Part shown: positions 38,580 to 51,165 of the stretch, in pieces
Numbering within the stretch: position 1 is the stretch's first letter
How the letters are laid out: each line of letters starts with the position of its first letter
Assembly (NCBI GenBank): GCA_043228905.1
Contig: JBHGNT010000006.1
Span: 12,028,001-12,092,000 of the forward strand
DNA: 64,000 nucleotides
Source of the DNA: Azolla caroliniana
Lineage: Eukaryota > Plantae > Polypodiophyta
Direction: 5' to 3'
The notes under the pieces: model-generated
What the model saw: the letters and a program-made list of their open reading frames with translations, nothing else
The model's database searches: none
What the model was told of the DNA's origin: nothing
Program-made: the position numbers and the translations under genes

Positions 38580-41500
38580 ACGAATGGATGTTTAGCCGTA
38601 GACGTCCCAAACAAGACCGACCAATCACAAGGTCCATCACACGCTAGGCAGAGGAGCGCGCAAGGTAAAAACCTCGCCTCAGTGACCTCAATGATATCTG
38701 TCAGGACCACAAAGTCGATTTCCCGCTCAACAAATACCTCGGCGACAAGCAGGAAGTTCGCTCACCACATAAGCATTCTGGTCTTTCCCTGCCCACCGTA
38801 GCGTCCAACATGGCTTTCTCTTATCCCCGGTTCAACGGCGAAACAGACGCTGCAACCCACATTCGCTTGTTCCTGAATGTCTGGAATGCAAATCACATGG
38901 CGCAGAGACTTCTCGAAGAGGTAGCACACTAGTCCAAAATGACAGATTTCAGATTAACTTTGGATGGGAGAGCGGCATTTTGGCATTCGCAGATGGATCT
39001 GCTAGCAATCACGACCTGCGACTAGCTGCAGTCGGCGTTTCTGCGTTTCTTCTATCAGAGAATGCCGTAACGCGAAATCCTCGGGCAGTTCTATACAATC
39101 AAATAGTTGCTGGCCGAGACTGTAGTGGACTTCAATTTATGCTTCCAAAATCTGTAGCGGAAATTAGAATGGGGCCCGACAGAGGACTAGGCTCGGGAGA
39201 CATTTCTGGCAGCTTTACAACGACCGATACGGTCGACGCTCAACAACAATAGTGTGAAAAGAGAAACATTTGATATGGTCATAGAATGAGCGCTACAGCT
39301 CGAGCTGGACGAAGAAGAGGAAAGGTTTTCCATGTCCTCATTACGACAAGCGTTAGCTCAGGACGAGGAACGACATTTTTGCTAGGCAATCCAGTGCATG
39401 ATTTGCCTCAATTCTGGGCATTTCGTAGTGGAATGCAACATGCGAATCCATTGCCCAATCTGTCACTCGAAAGCACTCACGGTCGAGTAGTGTGAGTAAA
39501 ATATGTTGAACAGACCCACGCCCATAGTACGAAGCGTAGAAACACAGCGCTGACGTCGTTGTAATGAGTAAAGGCGCCAAGAAGAACGACCCCGGTATAC
39601 GGATCGGAACCCACGCGATGACCGGCACTACCGAAATCTCTGGAATAACAATGATTCCGAGGAAGAAGACTACCGGGGCAACCATAGATATAATAAAGGA
39701 GGCCGACGCTACGAGAATTACCGTCCGATGAACAAACGTGGCAGCTTCAATGGGTCTCGTGGGAAACATCGTCAGTATCGGGAACAACGGCGGTATGACG
39801 AAAGTTCGGACGATGACTGACACCAGGAGCCGTGAGGGGACCAACAACAACCACCACGAACGCTCAGAAGAATGAACCAAGACCGGGAGGAGCAAGTCAC
39901 ACTTGGGGATAGGAACACACCACCAACTGCCAAGAAAGACAAATCCAACGTCCATTTTTTCGTTTGCCAACAACATGGAAATTACGCCACGCAATGTCCA
40001 CTAAGCAAGGGCAAGGGGCTCATCGTCAATATGATTATGGCGGAAGTTCAGCAAGTTACGACAAGACAGCAAACAAAAAATGTTGATTGGGCCGCGCAAG
40101 ATGAGATACGTCAGACGACCCAAGCATGGGTCGAAAAAGCGAACGCAGCAAATACGGAATGCATGCAGGAGTCCGCGAACAATGTGGGGCCAGTGGAGGA
40201 AGATGTAATATCTCCGGATCCCATATGGCAAGCACTGGCAGGCTGCGAGATAACACTGACCATGGAGAAGCTACTTCAACTAGTCCCACAGTTTCGCCAG
40301 GCCGTAGAGGATCGCATAACGGGCAGACCTAGGGTAAGTGTCTCCGCCAACTTTACGGACACCAGCGTCGGACCAACGGTGGTGGATTACCACAATCCGG
40401 CTATTAAGTTGATATTACACGGTCAGGAAATCACAGGATGCGTAATCGACGACGGCTCTGGCGTCAATGTAATTAGCGCGAATACATTCGAACAATTGAG
40501 AATTTCAGAATGGGAAGCTTGCCCGTTTTGGCTTCGCATGGTGGATACCCGCTCAGTAAGGCCTTTAGAATTAATACGAAAATTAGGCATTATCGTTGGC
40601 GGACATCGCTTCGACATCTCGGTGGTAGTCCTCGCCCTCGACGCCCCAGGAGCGTATCTTATGCTGCTTGGTAGACATTGGCTTCGTTCAGCGAATCTCA
40701 AACAGAGCTGGCAACATAAGTGCATCAGCTTTCGACGCGGACGCACCAAGGTTCACGTACCCACAAGGGAAATGGCGGCACAACCCAAGGGCCTAACACC
40801 GTTATATGTGGAAGATATAAATATGTTGGTTGGGGTGGATGATATAGAATTAGCAGTATACCTCGACGAGCACCCCCAAATCTTTCCGCTATTCGAAATC
40901 GACGTCATAGAAACCGCGGCGGAGTATGCCACGCCCACTGCGCTCCACGATGAGGCTTACGAACCAGACCTAGAGTCAATTTTAGAATTAAGCAGAGCAT
41001 GGGCGTAGTTTGAGAGGGAAATGGAAATTTCACGACGAGTCGCTGCCTCAGCCCTAGAAGAAGTAAACGTCGGTACGACGTCAGACCCTAATTCCTCTCC
41101 ATCGCAAAAGAATTACTGCCGGATCAGAGAGAGGTGATGATAGCACTACTCAGGAAGTATAAAGATGTGTTCGCTTGGTCCCATGAGGATATGAAGGGAT
41201 TAGATCCGAAGTTCTATCAACATAAGATCAATTTAGTGACCGATGCGAAACTGGTCCAGCAACGTCCATACCGCATGAACCCAAATTATGTGGCTCACGT
41301 AAAAGAGGAAATTGACAAACTCCTCAAGGCCGGATTCATTCGACTAGTCAAACAAGCTACATGGCTAAGCCCGATAGTAGTCGTACCAAAGAAAAATGAC
41401 AAAATACGTGTGTGCGTGGACTACCGAAAATTGAACGTCGTAACCATTACAGGCGCGTTCCCTTTACCTTTCACCGACAGCGTACTGGATGCTGTCGTAG

Positions 41501-43763
41501 GGCATGACATGTACAACTTTTTAGATGACTTCAGTGGGTACAATCAAGTACGCATGCACCCCAACGACCAAGAGAAGATGACGTTTGTCATAGACTAGGG
41601 AATCTATGTCGCGGTCGTCATGATGTTTGGGCTAAAGACGGTGCCGGCTACATTTCAACGGACAATCACGGGAATTTTTGGGGAATATATAACTGCCTTC
41701 ATGCAGGTCTTTTTACATGATTTTGCGGTATATGGGACAGGAGCCGAACATTTTACGCATCTACAGCTTTGCCCGGAGTGTTGCCGAACTGCATGCTTAA
41801 GCCTAAATCCCGCCAAATGCGCCTTTGGCGTCACCAATGGGGCCCTCCTCGGCCACCTAGTTAGTAAGGAGGCGATAGCGGTCGATCCGAACAAAATCTC
41901 CGTGATTACTCATGCAAAAACACCGACAAACGCGAAAGTACTCAGCCGGTTTTTGGGACAAATACAATGGCACAACCGGATGATACGCTATTTGGCGGAT
42001 TTCGCCACACCATTACATGTCGTTGTTCACCGTACTCCTTTTAAATGGACAACAATGGAGGAGAAGGCGTATGATGCACTAAAAATAATGCTAACGTAGG
42101 AACCAGTGTACAGCCACTAGTTTGGGCGAAACCATTTCACGTGTTTGTGGATGCCTCAGATATAGCGATAGGTAGTGCGCTGATGCAACTCACAAAGCCG
42201 AATTGGTACTGACCAGTGTACTATGCTAGTCAGAAACTATCAAAGGCTGAGCGTAACTATTCCACAACGGAACGTGAAGCGTTGGGTATGATATACAACA
42301 TCAATAAATTAGGGCATTATCTGCTAGGGCAAAAATTCACGTTTCACGTGGATCATACGACATTGCTATATCTGGTGGGGAAACAGGTACTGACGGGAAA
42401 ATTGGCTAGATGGATGTTGTTGCTCCAAGAATTTGACTTTGTAATTCAACACTGACCAGGTACGCAACACGTGGTGGCGGATTTCTTGAGCAGACTAGAT
42501 AATGGAGAAATGGCGCAAAAAGATGACGATAATTTCCGGACGTGGACATTCTGCGTATAGCAACTTTAGTAGCAAGAACAGAAAAGACTTTTCCGGATCG
42601 GTGGTTGATGGAAATGACCTACTTTCTAACCACAGGGTTACCGCCACCAAAATTAAGGACGGACGAGAAAAAACGGCTAGCCGTACGGAGTCGTAATTTC
42701 TATTTAGTTGAAGACGTCCTATATCACAAAGGCAGTGACGACATTTGGAGGCGCGGAATACAGCAGGATGAGAAGGCAACGGTTTTATGTGAAGCCCACT
42801 ATGGTATGGCGGGAGGACATTATGCGGGCGATGTTACGGCTCGAAAAATCTGGCAAGCAGGACTTTGGTGGCTGACTACGCAAAAAGATGCGTATGAATA
42901 TTGCAAACAGTGCGATTTATGCCAACGGATGGGCCAATCCACGGAAGTTGCGAGAATGCCACATCAATTGGTGTTGCCGTTGGATCCTTTCCAAAAGTGG
43001 GGGCTGGATTTTGTGGGACCCTTTACCCCGACAACTGCTCGAACAGGCAATAAGTATATCCTGGTGGCTATGGATTACTGCACCAAGTGGGTAGAAGCGA
43101 AAGCACTATGCGAAAATACCGCGGCAGTCACGACGAAATTCCTTTGCGAACATATCTGGTGTCGTTTTGGCTGCCCTATCGAGCTCATTAGTGTCCAAGG
43201 GAGTTCCTTTTTGAATACAGTCATCCGTAAACTAACCCAACACTACGCTGTGGTTCACAAAAAGAGTACGCCGTATTACCCATAGGCAAATGGCTTGGCC
43301 GAATCCACGAACAAAACATTACAAACTATCCTAAAAAAGATAGTCAATGAGAACAGTACGAGACCGGCTGCTAGAGGGCAAATCTGAACAAATGCGACTA
43401 CAACAATTGCTAGAACTAGGCATAACCCGGGTACGCAGTATGGCCATATTGGAACAAGAACAACGGTGGCGCAAAGCATTCGTGGACCGACATTGGCATG
43501 CGCGTGAAAAGGATTTTATGGTCAGGAAGGCGGTATTAGTTTTTCAAACACACATGGGGCAAATGCTAGGAAAATTAAGATTCCACTGGACAGGCCCATA
43601 CTTGATAGTTGGAGCGGAAAATGACACGTTTCAACTTGGCACCTTGGCCGGAGAGGTGCTCCGGCAAAAGGTGAATGGGTTTTGCTTAAAACCCTACCTG
43701 GGGCCTAAGACACTTAACTCGTTCCCCGCCGAACAGGACAAAGCCAGCGAATCCGTGGAGTAA
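38580..43763 (+). pseudogene. G3 gag-pol, degenerate
   Basis: ORF pieces 39872-41008 (knuckle remnant + PR), 41134-42099 (RT), 42216-42455 (RH), 42542-43763 (INT). Start coordinate approximate. Confidence 0.88.
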
Positions 43764-43820
43764 GTATAGGGCTCTACTTGTACTGTAGTGTACAAATAAT
43801 ATTGTATGTAACTGTTATGA

Positions 43821-43890
43821 AAGAAGAAGAAGAAGAAGAAGAAGAAGAAGAAGAAGAAGAAGAAGAAGAAGAAGAAGAAGAAGAAGAAGA
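43821..43890. repeat. (GAA)n microsatellite, about 23 units, between pol and the extra ORF of G3
   Basis: Directly visible. Confidence 0.95.
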
Positions 43891-45203
43891 TAGCGACGCT
43901 ATTAAAAGGACTTGATGCATGCACAAACTTCTAGAGCAAGAACACACGACACCACGATGGCTCACAGACCAATGAACCCTAGGCCACAAAAAGAAGAAAA
44001 TAGAAGGTTTTCTGCACAGTACAGAAACCAACCTTCTAACTCTCATCGCTCTCATCACTCCCCTCACTCACCTTCCTCTCCATCCTACCATAGAGCCCAA
44101 GTTCGCCATAACCAACATACCTCACCCACTATCCACGAGTCTCACCCTCCTACGGTGCCGATCCCTATTTCCTGCCACCTTGCGTAGATGGCTCGTCGAG
44201 AAGCGTCTGGATGGATACATCAAAGTCGCCGAGGTACCCACTCATCTTAAAGCCCTGGACATCGTCAAGAAACTCAATATAGACACGGTCACCAACTCAT
44301 CAATTCGGAAGAAGCTTGACCTATCATCGTTCGGAGAAAGACATTTTGACATTCCTCCAGCGGAAACCTTGTAGAGATATTTTGAGGCATATTCAGCGTC
44401 CGCCAAGGCATACAGGACGAAGGAAATCCCCGATCCCTTCTTCTGCGAAATAGCCAAGTTCTTGTTGGAAGTCGGATGCTTGCATGTAAATTGCCTATGG
44501 GATGCCAAAACAGAAGGCATGCAGCATCATTGATACCTTCGAAGGGCGCGCGGTCGATTAGGGGGTCATTACGGGACCAATGTTACAGGAAGGCCTGCAC
44601 GCGTATCAAGGCGGCAAAAAGCTAAGGCCGATCATACAATAGTATCTGATGATACTATTCCCACCCCAGGGTCTGCCTGCACCACAACCCAGCAAGCCCA
44701 CACCGCCGCCACGTTTTGCGAAACGGAGGTTAGCGGAATTGGTCACCAAAAAATGGGAGGATGAACCCCAATCGGCCCAACCCAGCATGCGGACAACACA
44801 TGAAGAATGGCCGGAGCGCAGGGAAGAAGCCCCGCAGGAGCAGGAAGCCGAGCAACGTCAGGAAAGCCCGAGGTTGAAACGGCAGAGGTTGGACAGGAAA
44901 GATGGGCGCGGATTAGTTAAAGACACACTAGCGGCCGTAGCTACGGAGCCCAACACCACTTTCGAAATAATCCGGGAACCACGACCGATCATTATGGCCC
45001 AGTCTCAGCGGGGGAAGGCGTATTTACAGCAGAAAGCGAGTTCCTGAAGTATCCGGATATTCCGGACACAGGCCACGAGTTCGGTGCACTATTACAGTTC
45101 GGCACTACTTACGAACTCATGGAATTTTTGGCAACACAACAAATAAAAGTCTCACAACGAATGGCCGAGGAGCACGCGGAGCAACAAATGATTGAGTGCA
45201 CGT

Positions 45204-48200
45204 TGTCGTGAAGAAAACCGTCCACAAGCGGAATCGGTGCACCGGAGCGTAGGAACCGGCTCTTCATGCACGTACACCTTATGTTGTACATAAGAGAGAA
45301 TTAGGTACATAGAAGATCCTAGGTAGGTAGATTCGGTAGGTAGGAAGTTAATGGGAAACAGCTCCTTTCTTGCCTATAAAAGGAGGGAGACGGGGAGGAG
45401 GAAAAGGGGGGATCGCGGTTAGAGAAGACGAAGTGCTGTCGGGTTGTCGGCCGAAGGCTTCTCTCTCTTCCATACTCCGTAGCTTCTTCTTGTGCAGGTT
45501 TTCGGGGAGGCTCGCGCTGCTCTGAGGAATGCCCAAGTGCTTCCGGCAGCACCTCCAACCTACTCCTTTCTTTCTGAGTGTTTACGAACAGGCATCGACA
45601 TCTGTTCGCCGGCCTTTTCGGTTGTAACCGACTTCGGGCTTCTTGTTGTTTGTCCTTGTTAATATATATATACATACATTCGTGTCTCTCTGCGTCGGTG
45701 TCCCACTCGCGTCTTTGTGTCGAAGGGCCGTGTCCCTGTGAATCTACGCCCACACGTAGTGGGTCCCTTCCCTTCTCCTTTGTCTCTTGCTCTTCGGTAC
45801 AAGACCCCCGAGCCCCCGCCTCATTCCACGCATCCATGAGGAATACCTCGACATCTTGGTGAACCCGACGTGAAAGAGGCGGCAGAAGAGCAGAAGATGA
45901 AGGGGTCGGATCTTGCGGAGGCCATGGCTTCGGCCGTGGATCGGATATTGAGCGCACGCAAGGGCACCGACGCCCTCTATAGAGCCATTGAGGTGGTCGT
46001 CGGTACGATTGGCCGGTTCAGCGGAAAGGATGCCACGAAGTATTTGGCGTCCTACGGGGCAGAAATGTTGATGCGGGGCATTCCGGAAGAGAGGCGTCTT
46101 GCCAGGTTCCCTCGAGTGGCGATGCCGAGCATCCATGCGGAGGTGCTCGAGGTACGGGTGGAGAGCCGTACCTGGGAGGAGTTCGAAGGCCGACTCCTAG
46201 AAAAATACGGGCTGGATGACGCGCTCCGGCTTGCGAAACGGGACTTCATGGAATGGGTGGAGTCCCCCCCGGCAAGGGAAGAAACGCGTCGGCACTCCTC
46301 CGGGAGTTTGAGGAACGCTTTGCGCGCCTTTCGGCGCTTGACCGAACCGTTCTGGATACGAGCCGGGTCCTACTGTTCGTCAAGTCGGTGGACGAGCGGG
46401 ACCGGGATCAAGTCGGCTCCTTGCTGGAAACCAAAGACGGGCTGACGACCGACTGGACTGCGGTTAAGAGAGTCTGTGGCCGTTTCGACAAACGGCGAGA
46501 ATGGGCTGATAACGGGGCGGCCGGTGCGGGCTCTGTCACAGCAAGGAGGCTTGAACCGGCCCCGCAAGGGCGAAGGGAAGAGACCCGGGAGTGGCTCGAA
46601 ACCGGTTCGGCTTCGACCGGCATGGTCAATGGCTCGTCCGGAAGAGCAGCGCTGGAGGAGTTGACGTGGGCGATAAAGGATCTCCAGATCGCCCAGGCTC
46701 GAAGGGAAGGCGGCGAACCGGCTCGTGACCAGCACTTCTTTGTGCAGGAGACGTCCTCGCACCCGGTCATATTAGGGGATCCATACATCACGGCGGCGCG
46801 GATGGAGAACAAGCTGCTAGACAACGGTTTGGCCTACGTGAGGGTCAAAAGCCAGGACGGGCGCCATTCGGTCCAATTTCTGACGGTGCGACCGAACCAC
46901 GAGAGAAACCGCGAATCCCTCGGTGGTGAGAACCGGGAGGTTTTTTAGAGAGGGCTGCCAAGGCATGGGGCCGAGACAGTCCGGACACTCGGGAAAGACC
47001 CCACAACTGTACGATAGAACCGAAACCGAAGAAACCTTGTACGATAGGTAGAAAATTTTTCTTCTCCAACGACGGTGGGTGTATGATAGTCGGCATCGTT
47101 GGCCGAGAAAAGGCAAGGGCGGAGGAGCGACTTCGAGCGTGCGGAGTTCTCGGCCCGGACGAGGAAATCAGCGGAGCCGTGGAGGTGGTCTCCTTCGACG
47201 ACACCTTGGGGATACTGAGGGAGGTAGCTGGAGAAGACCTTAACGAAGACCGGACGATACCGGTATGTTCTGAAGAGATGTACGAAGTCATCGCGAACTT
47301 CAGTCAGGGGCTCGGGTCGGATCGGACGGCCCGGGTTAGCACGAAGTACAAGACTGTGGACCGGAAGGTAAGGCCAGTCGCAGCACCCTTACCGGAGGGC
47401 AGCGAGTCCCGGATCAGAGGGGTTGCGACGGACCCCAGTTTGCGAGATCTGGTCTGCATAGGACACACCTTCACCGACGGGACGCTCTGGGAGCTCAAAA
47501 TCGGTGGGGGCGGGTTCCTACTGCCAGCGGAGGAAGACCGGTTTCGGAGAATGCTCGGAAGGCACGGGAAAGCCTTCGCATTCTCACCATAAGAGATCGG
47601 GTGCGTAGACTCGACAATCCTGGAGCCGATGGTGATATTCACGGTACCGCATGTGCCGTGGAATCTCAAGCCGATTCCAGTACCGAGAGCTCACATCCTG
47701 AAGTTGATGGAGCTATTGAGGTAGAAAGTCGATATGGGCATTCTCGAACCGTCGAGTGCCCCATACTCGAACCGGTGGTTTACCGTACCAAAGAAAAACG
47801 GAACATTGCGCTTCATTCGAGACCTGTAGCTGGTCAACAGAGTGACCATTCGGAACGCAGGAATCAGACCGACCATAGACGAGTTCGCGGAGGCCTTCGC
47901 CGGAAGGTCGATTTACTCGGTCGGTGACCTGTACTCGGGGTACGACCAGTTCCAGCTAGCCGTTGAGAGCAGAGACATTACGACCATGCGAACTCCCCTT
48001 GGCCTAGTGCGAATGTGTACCCTGCCACAAGGAGGGACCAATTCGGTGGCCCACATGGTGAATGCAATGAACAAGGTACTGAGGGATTGCATCCCGGACA
48101 TCACCATGCCATTTCTAGACGACATCCCGATCAAGGGGTGCCCGGTGGAAGAGAAGGACGAGACACTCGGGCCGGACGGATGCCGACGATTCGTGGCAAC

Positions 48201-51165
48201 ACACATCGACGACTGTGAGAAGGTGCTACGAGGGCTAGAGGTTGCGAGGCTCACCTTCTCCGGGGAGAAATCGGCCTTCGGTCAATCAGAAATCCTGGTG
48301 GTCGGACACCTATGTGGACCATATGGCCGGAAGCCGTCCCCGGCAAAGGTAGAAGCCATCTCCGCGATGAAGACCGACTGTAGCTCGGTTACGGAAGTTC
48401 GGAGGTTCCTGGGGGCGTGCGCATTCTACCACATATGGATCCCGCATTACGCCCACGTTGCGGAGCCGCTATACGGGTTGCTGAAGAAGGGGCGAAAATT
48501 CGAGTGGCGAGACGAGCACACAGAGTCGGTCCGGAAGCTGAAGGAAGCTCTTGCGGCAGCACCGGCGCTCCGGAAGGCTGTCTACGAGAAGGGTACCCCG
48601 GTATACGTAACGGTGGATACGAGTCCGACCGGGATCGGATGGGTCATCAACCAAGAAGACGAGGACGGCATTCGGTTCCTGATCCGATTCGGCGCAAAGG
48701 TCCTCAGTGAGCGACAACGAGGGTACGCCCGGGTTAAACGCGAACTCTAGGGTATCGTTTCGGCAGTAAAGGCCGACAAAGACTACTTGATCGGGACAGA
48801 AGTGATTATCGAGACGGATTGCCTGCCAATTCTCGGCATGGTCTCCGGATGCGCGACACCGGACCTGGCGATGCTCAGGTGGATAGCGTACATCAAGTCC
48901 TTGGACCCGGAAATACGACACATTTCCGGAAAGGACAACGCCATGGCCGACATGCTTTCGAGGGCGAGGTTTGATGACGAGGGCGTCATGGTTTCGGAGG
49001 ACGAAGAAGTCGGCGTGGACTTCTTCGAGGCGGCGAACGTGACGACCGATGGGGCGAGCACTCCGGCACTTAACGGCTTCGACGAGAGCAAGTACGACGG
49101 CGAGTGGCTACAGATCGGTGGTATTTTGAGGACAATGACGCCGGATGCGTCATGGACGAGGGACGAGGCCAACCAGATCCGGAAGAAAGCATACCGATTC
49201 TTTCTCCGGGACGGATACTTATGGAAGCACCCAAAGAAGAGGAACGACGTCCCGCTCCGGGTGGTGGAGATGAAGGAAGAACAAGAGGAGCTGCTGACGG
49301 CCTACCACGACAGCCCTTGGGCTGGACACCGTGGAACGTGGGCCACGTTCGAGAAGATAAAGGGGAAGTACTGGTGGCCGGGACTGTACCAGGACGTGCA
49401 TCGGTTCGTGACAACTTGCGAGAGCTGTCAGATGCACTCCATAGTCCGACATCGGGACGAGCTTCACCATACGTACCCTCCGACCATCCACTTCAAATGG
49501 ATGGTAGATCTGGTGACGATGCCGATGGGAGTAGGACAGATGCAGTATCTGGTTCTGGCTCGGGAAGATCTGACGAACTAGGTGGAAGGCCGAGCCCTTC
49601 AGAACAAAACGACCGCGGCCGTATGTCGGTTCCTGATCGAGGACGTGATATGCCGGTACGGGTGCGTCGGGAAGATCGTGGCTGATCGCGGGGAGTTGGA
49701 CGCCGAAGAGGCCGAGGAGCTGTTCGACCGGCTAGGAGTCAAGCTGTCGCTTACCACTGCGTACAATCCGGAGGCGAATGGGAAGGTGGAGCACGGACAC
49801 GGACCGATCGTCAAGGCGTTAGTTAGGGCATGCGGAGGTCAAGTCGGGAACTGGCCGCGGCTGCTGCCTTACGCGTTGTGGGCTGACCGAAGTACGCACA
49901 ATTCGGTAACCGGATTCATGCCGGCAGAGCTCTTGTTTGGGCAGAAGCCGATCATGCCGATGGAACGTACAATCTCCTCATGGGCAGCCGTGGATTGGAG
50001 AGACGAGATGAGCCGGGAGGAACTGTTGGCGGCGCGCATACGACAGCTCGAGCGAAGACCGGAGGACGTGGAGCAGGCTGCGGGAAAGCTTCGGGTGGCA
50101 AGGACGAGGAACAAAGCCCGGTTCGATAGGACGCACCGGCTCCGACCAAAGAAGATTGAGGAAGGCGACTGGGTGCTAGTCTACGACATCAGCCTCGACA
50201 ACCAGCACCGAGCGACACGGAAGTTCGCAAGAAGGTGGTTCGGGCCTTACGTGGTACAAAGCGCCAACGACAACGGGACGTACCATCTGGCAGAACTTGA
50301 CGGCACGAGAATGGCGATACCGGTAGCTGGGAAGCGGATCAAAGCGTTCAAGAAGTGTCACGACGACGAGCCGGATCCGGTTAACCTGGACCGCGACGAC
50401 GAACGATCCGAAACCGAGGAAGAACCGACGGGCGGGGAATGAAGGCTGGACCGGTTTTCTCCGTCCCAACTCAATTTGGCGCATGCCGGTGGATGCGCGG
50501 TTAGGTGGGGGCGGATGTCATGAAGAAAACCGTCCACAAGCGGAATTGGTGCACCGGAGCGTAGGAACCGGCTCTTCATGCACGTACGCCTTATGTTGTA
50601 CATAAGAGAGAATTAGGTACATAGAAGATCCTAGGTAGGTAGATTCGGTAGGTAGGAAGTTAATGGGAAACGGCTCCTTTCTTGCCTATAAAAGGAGGGA
50701 GACGGGGAGGAGGAAAAGGGGGGATCGCGGTTAGAGAAGACGAAGTGCTGTCGGGTTGTCGGCCGAAGGCTTCTCTCTCTTCCATACTCCGTAGCTTCTT
50801 CCTGTGTAGGTTTTCGGGGAGGCTCGTGCTGCTCTGAGGAATGCCCAAGTGCTTCCGGCAGCACCTCCAACCTACTCCTTTCTTTCTGAGCGTTTACGAA
50901 CAGGCATCGGCATCTGGTCGCCGGCCTGTTCGGTTGTAACCGACTTCGGGCTTCTTGTTGTTTGTCCTTGTTAATATATATATACATACATTCGTGTCTC
51001 TCTGCGTCGGTGTCCCACTCACGTCTTTGTGTCGAAGGGCCGTGTCCCTGTGAATCTACGCCCACATGTAGTGGGTCCCTTCCCTTCTCCTTTGTCTCTT
51101 GCTCTTCAGTACAAGACCCCTGAGGCCCCGCCTCATTCCACGCATCCGCGAGGAATACCTCGACA
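45204..51165 (+). mobile_element. Gypsy element G2 (relative of G1), internally deleted, nested in G3
   Basis: 650-bp LTRs 45204-45853 and 50516-51165, roughly 3% different by my manual count. TSD ACGT/ACGC, PBS 45857-45874, PPT AGGTGGGGGCGGA. RT DLYSGYDQF / FLDDI, RH and INT colinear with G1. Confidence 0.95.
45857..45874 (+). promoter_or_regulatory. PBS, 18-nt complement of the tRNA-Trp 3' end
   Basis: TGGTGAACCCGACGTGAA, 3 nt after the LTR end. Confidence 0.88.
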
